A stretch of 64,000 bases of DNA from the NCBI RefSeq assembly GCF_009914755.1, contig NC_060936.1; one strand, 5' to 3'. Source of the stretch: the human T2T-CHM13v2.0 reference genome, Homo sapiens. The notes beneath the pieces are model-generated. The model was given only the letters and a program-made list of their open reading frames with translations. It searched no databases and was not told the DNA's origin. This document shows, piece by piece, positions 59,718-64,000 of this stretch. The position numbers and the translations under genes were made by a program. The first letter of the stretch is position 1. Every line of letters starts with the position of its first letter.

Positions 59718-62240
59718 GGGAAGGAAGGAGAAAAACAGATAAAAGAAAGAAAAGAAACTAGAATAGTATGAAGAACATTTCTCAAATCAAAATAATAGTC
59801 TCTAAGTTCTTAAATTTCTTATTCCCCTTTCACTGTTTTGTCTCCTTACTTTTCTGTAGAGTTTTATGAAATTATTTCTTGACAGATTAAAGGTTATTGA
59901 ATAAAAATCTGTTTACTACTTGAAGAAAGGGAGAACAGTAAAAGTATTTGATTTTTATTTAATAACCTTTAATCTATTTTGCTGTGGCAGAGCAATATTG
60001 GAAGGATTAATTTAAATATCTGAGAATATGTGTTTGGGTGGAACTAGTTCTATTCATCTCTTGTATCAACTCATCAGATTAAAACAAGATCCTTTAAGTT
60101 TGGGTTGAGGAAAGAAGAGCTGGACAGGAAGAAAGAGAGTAAGTTACTTATGCTGCTCTCTGAGCCAGACTTTCATCCTGCTATGCCCTCACTTTCCAAG
60201 GTAATTTCCAGGGGTGGAAGGTGAGCAAGCTCCAAACTTGTCTACTCCACCATGCATAAGAGAGAGGAACTGAAATTGCTGCATGGTGTATCTAAGTGAG
60301 ATAGACCTTAGGTACCCTCCCAGAGTCCCTGAGACTCCCTCAAAGATGTGGATACAGCCAAATATTTTTTCATGGTAAATGATCAGATGTGATATTGAGA
60401 ATTGGAAGACCCAAAGGTCTCATGGTCTGAATAAAAGGATACCCTCAGCAGATGGGCATTCAGTCACCTCAATGGATGCAAACACAGAAGAAGAGCAATA
60501 GCGAAGCACCAGATTCAATAATGTGCTTAGCAGCAGATGATGGATGCCTCTCTTTGCCCCATCCACGCTCCATTGACACAATCTGGCGTAACTCATGGAA
60601 CTTGGATGCACCCTGGGGAGAAAGAGCCATGGGGGAAATTTTGAATTTACTAATGGCAAATCTTATAGCACTGGATATATCTGCAATTGATCATGATTAC
60701 ATTTCCTAACACCAGGCACATAGGGGATTCAAAGTACATATATTACTTTGTGGAAAAATATTAAAAGGTTTGCACATCTGAATCTGTGTCTTGTAATCCT
60801 GTGAACTCCACACCTCTACTGTTGGAAGTAAATTTACCTACCAGCTTGGAGAGATTAAGAGAAGTGATCTCTGGGTCATAATTCTAACTCTACTATCAGT
60901 TCCTTATGGTGTTTTGCCTCAATTTCTCTTTTTGTAAAAGCAAATTTGGCTTTTCTTCTTATATGCTAATGGTACCTGGGGGTAAGGACACCATGTGGTT
61001 TCAATTTTTCAGAGTGCTGATTCAGCCGTGTATATTTCACTGTCAGCCTTAAATATAGGAGGGAATTTTATGTGTAACTTTTCCTGTACTTGGCATTCGT
61101 TTCCAAGTTTTTGCTTACTTGGGGCTTATAATATGGAAATGTATTCCTGTGACCTTGGGAGAGATGTATATTCAAGGTAGAGGTTTATAAAAAAATAGTC
61201 TTTGATTTTATTTTTAAAAAGTAATATGATGCACTGCCACACCTTTGTAATATGATGTCCTCGACATGCTGAGTCCTCAGGATTGAGAGATATTAAAGTT
61301 GAGCCACTTGGGCACCTGTAATTAAAAGCTATTAATGTTTTAAGGTATCTCAGATGCTTCAATTGACTTGGTTAGGATTGGCCTCTAGCTTGGTGGGAGA
61401 AGGTTTCCTTGTACAGAACGTTCCCTGCCTCCATTCAAGGAGGGAGGCCAGCCAGAGGAACTGGCTGTTTATTTTTGAGCCCATGTAAAAGGAGCTCATG
61501 AGTAGACACCTCCTGCTGTAGGCCAAGCCTGGCAAAGAGGTCATCTTTGTTGCAAGTGGTTGAGGAATTGCCTCCCCTGCTGATGATTGGAGATATTTTT
61601 AGCAACAAGCTGAAACTTTTCATTCTTGAAATTGTTTTCATTTCCACTCAGAGGCAAACTCCATGAGCTGGGGAAGAAAAACAAAATAGGAGGCATATGT
61701 GCTAATAGGAGCCGTGTGTCCGTGTAAGAAGAAACTCGATGAAATTGCTTCCCCTGGTGCTGACAACTTAGTCCTGGCACCAGGATGGTTCTAATAGCTG
61801 TAGGCTAAAAGAATCATTTCCATAGTGCAGCTCATAATGATAATGTAAATTTCACTTAAGTACACATGATTACAGAAAATTGCACAGAATTGCAACAGAC
61901 TTTGTGCCATACTGTTTATGGAGCAATATAGATTTACCAATTTTTTTCCCCCTAAATTCAATGAAAGACAAGCTATTTTGACTCTGGGAGAGGATAAAGG
62001 TCTACAGCATTGTGTTAATTTGTATTAAAATTTGAACTCAGGTTTTCCACACATTTTCTGAGTGCTAACGATGGGGTGAAAGGTGGGGGGAATTCTACCA
62101 CATTGACCAGCCTGAAAAACTTCTAATGAAGTGTCATGGAGTCACCATGAGTCCTAGCTCTATATGTGTGTTTATGGCAGGTAAAAACACTTCAAAGGCA
62201 CTCATGGTTGAGGAGTAATGTGAAGACACATGTCAGAGCA

Positions 62241-62655
62241 TGTGAACAAAAGTTCTCTGAAAAGGAATTTGGAGGAAAGAGACTTTATTCCAATGAACAG
62301 TTTGCAAACAGTGAGATGCAACTTTCAGTGTAAGATGAGGGTACCTTCTAGAGAACAAAGAAAGGGTTCATGTTTTATGGCAGAAGTTCCTGTCCATATT
62401 CCAATCAGGTTTGCTTATGCAAATGAAGGATTGAAACTTGCTTAGTTCTGATTTATTGATGCAGCTGAGCTCTGATGGCTGAGGCAGATGAGCCCTGAAA
62501 ATCCCTTTTCAAGGTTGCAGGTTTTCAAAGAACTGAGTGCATGCGTGACGTCTAGTTAGCAAAGGGTCTCTTGGCTGTATTTTAAATTCAGGCCCAGTTA
62601 GCCACTTGGGATACATCTTGAAGGATTAGTTCCTTCAGGCTCACATTTGTTCACA
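62241..62655 (-). mobile_element. ERV1-class solo LTR (MER93/MER57-like)
   Basis: 10-bp terminal inverted repeat tgtgaacaaa/tttgttcaca. TSD approximately (a/g)gca. Poly(A) signal on -. Confidence 0.75.
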
Positions 62656-63094
62656 GGCATCTGTTTTGCCAGAACTCTTCTAGCACCATGTGTACATCTT
62701 TGAGTCACTTCCATGTTCCATCACTCACTATTGTGGTTTGTGTACATGTTGATTATTTCTCCTCTCTTGTATGTTTACAAAGAGTAAGCACTGCGTTTTT
62801 GTAGTCGTTGTTGTTTTTTATTTGGCTTAAACTCAGTACCTATTTGTTGAATTAAATTAAACTGGAGTGGAATGATTCCTTCTATTAAAATACAGCAAAA
62901 TCTATGGCAAGAAATAATATTAAAATCATGATTACCATCCTATTGGATTCTTACCATGGCAGAGGAATCCATTACATGTGGCAAACAGATTTCAAGTAAT
63001 ATCATGTGCTTTTGGAATGTTTTGAGAGAGCTAGCAGAGAACTATCATTTGAAAAGAAAGGAAAGGAAAGTAACTTCATCAAAAGGAATTATTC

Positions 63095-63270
63095 CTCATT
63101 CACTCATTTAATCCTCAAAGAATCTCTCTGAGAGATATTTTTATTCTCAATTTACAGATAAGTAAATTTAAATTTAGAAAGGCTAAACACATTTCTTCGG
63201 CTCATGTAGCTAGGATTTGACCCCATCTTTGTCTACATTCTAATTCTAAGCTTCTTCTACCACTATGCCA
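63095..63270 (-). mobile_element. MIR
   Basis: 'ctcatttaatcctca...ttttattctcaatttacagataagtaaa...ggatttgacccc'. Confidence 0.75.
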
Positions 63271-64000
63271 TGTTCCCTAAAAAAGAAACATCTTATCTGT
63301 GCTCTTGTGGCATAACTAAGTGTCCATTTCAATTTAATTTTCCTAAAATATCACTAACCAAGCCATCTTCAGAAAGAGGAACTGTAAGATACTGACTTAA
63401 TAGTATTTCAGTCAAGAATACAAGAAGAATTCAATGGCTTCCCTCTACCTATTGATGATTGACTCATTTTATAGGTGATTACGGGGAGTCAGAGTGGCAC
63501 ATAGCTCACAGACAGCTGCCTCTTGCCTTTTTCCATGGGTGCTCTGAGATTCTACTCCTGCTTCTGGGTTATAGTGAGTAAGAGCATTCCTCAGTAGTGA
63601 TGGTGGAGGCAGAGGTGCTGAAACTGGCCTCCTCTCCTTCTCTGTGGTTTTGATGGAATGAAATAGTCAGGGAGAAGTGGAAGACAAAGAAGGAGAGTCA
63701 AGTAGATCATACACAGGATCCTGCTGTAATAGAGAAAGATGATTATCCTTGGCCATGAGTTGTCTTTTGGGGGAAAAAAAACAAGAAAAAGAAATGCAAA
63801 GGGGATATTTCTCTACCCATCACACATCCTATCCCTCACTAAAATATACAGTAGTTAGCATATTCATTTCCCAGGCACAAAAACAAAAGGCCCTGTATAA
63901 TTATTTCATAATTAGCTGGTAATTACTATGTCATAAGTGAATATCCATAAATGTTTTTAGACCGTCCAGCCTACTTGGTAATTAGACCTGGAATTCTTAA

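Noticed and set aside
61359-61780. Overlapping short minus-strand ORFs as coding exons
   Set aside because: No recognisable homology and no convincing splice-site pair.

Overview
This is AT-rich, repeat-dominated primate genomic DNA, ape-like and probably human (AluY, AluS, AluJ, L1PA2/3 to L1M, MaLR, ERVL and ERV1 LTRs, L2, MIR). I cannot support any host protein-coding gene. The recognisable long ORFs are decayed LINE-1 ORF1/ORF2 pieces; the rest look like chance frames. The main signal is structural. Bases 1-31 kb are a stack of nested L1s whose halves only join up if two nested inversions are undone. The first is ~16.9 kb (~8578-25443). It splits a full-length L1PA8-like element, a young L1PA2/3-like insert, an L1PA4/5 tail and three older hosts, and leaves three target-site duplications (TSDs) inverted. 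The second is ~1.39 kb (9958-11350), lies inside the first, and splits an L1MC 5'UTR and an L1ME. The young L1 had inserted tail-to-tail into the L1PA4/5, making a ~630 bp near-palindrome; that is a plausible trigger for the large inversion (inference). The unique DNA at 31-64 kb holds a MEIS/HOX motif cluster, a 26-bp-stem hairpin and a few exon-like segments. Subfamily calls come from remembered diagnostic motifs, not database searches, and boundaries of old elements are approximate.
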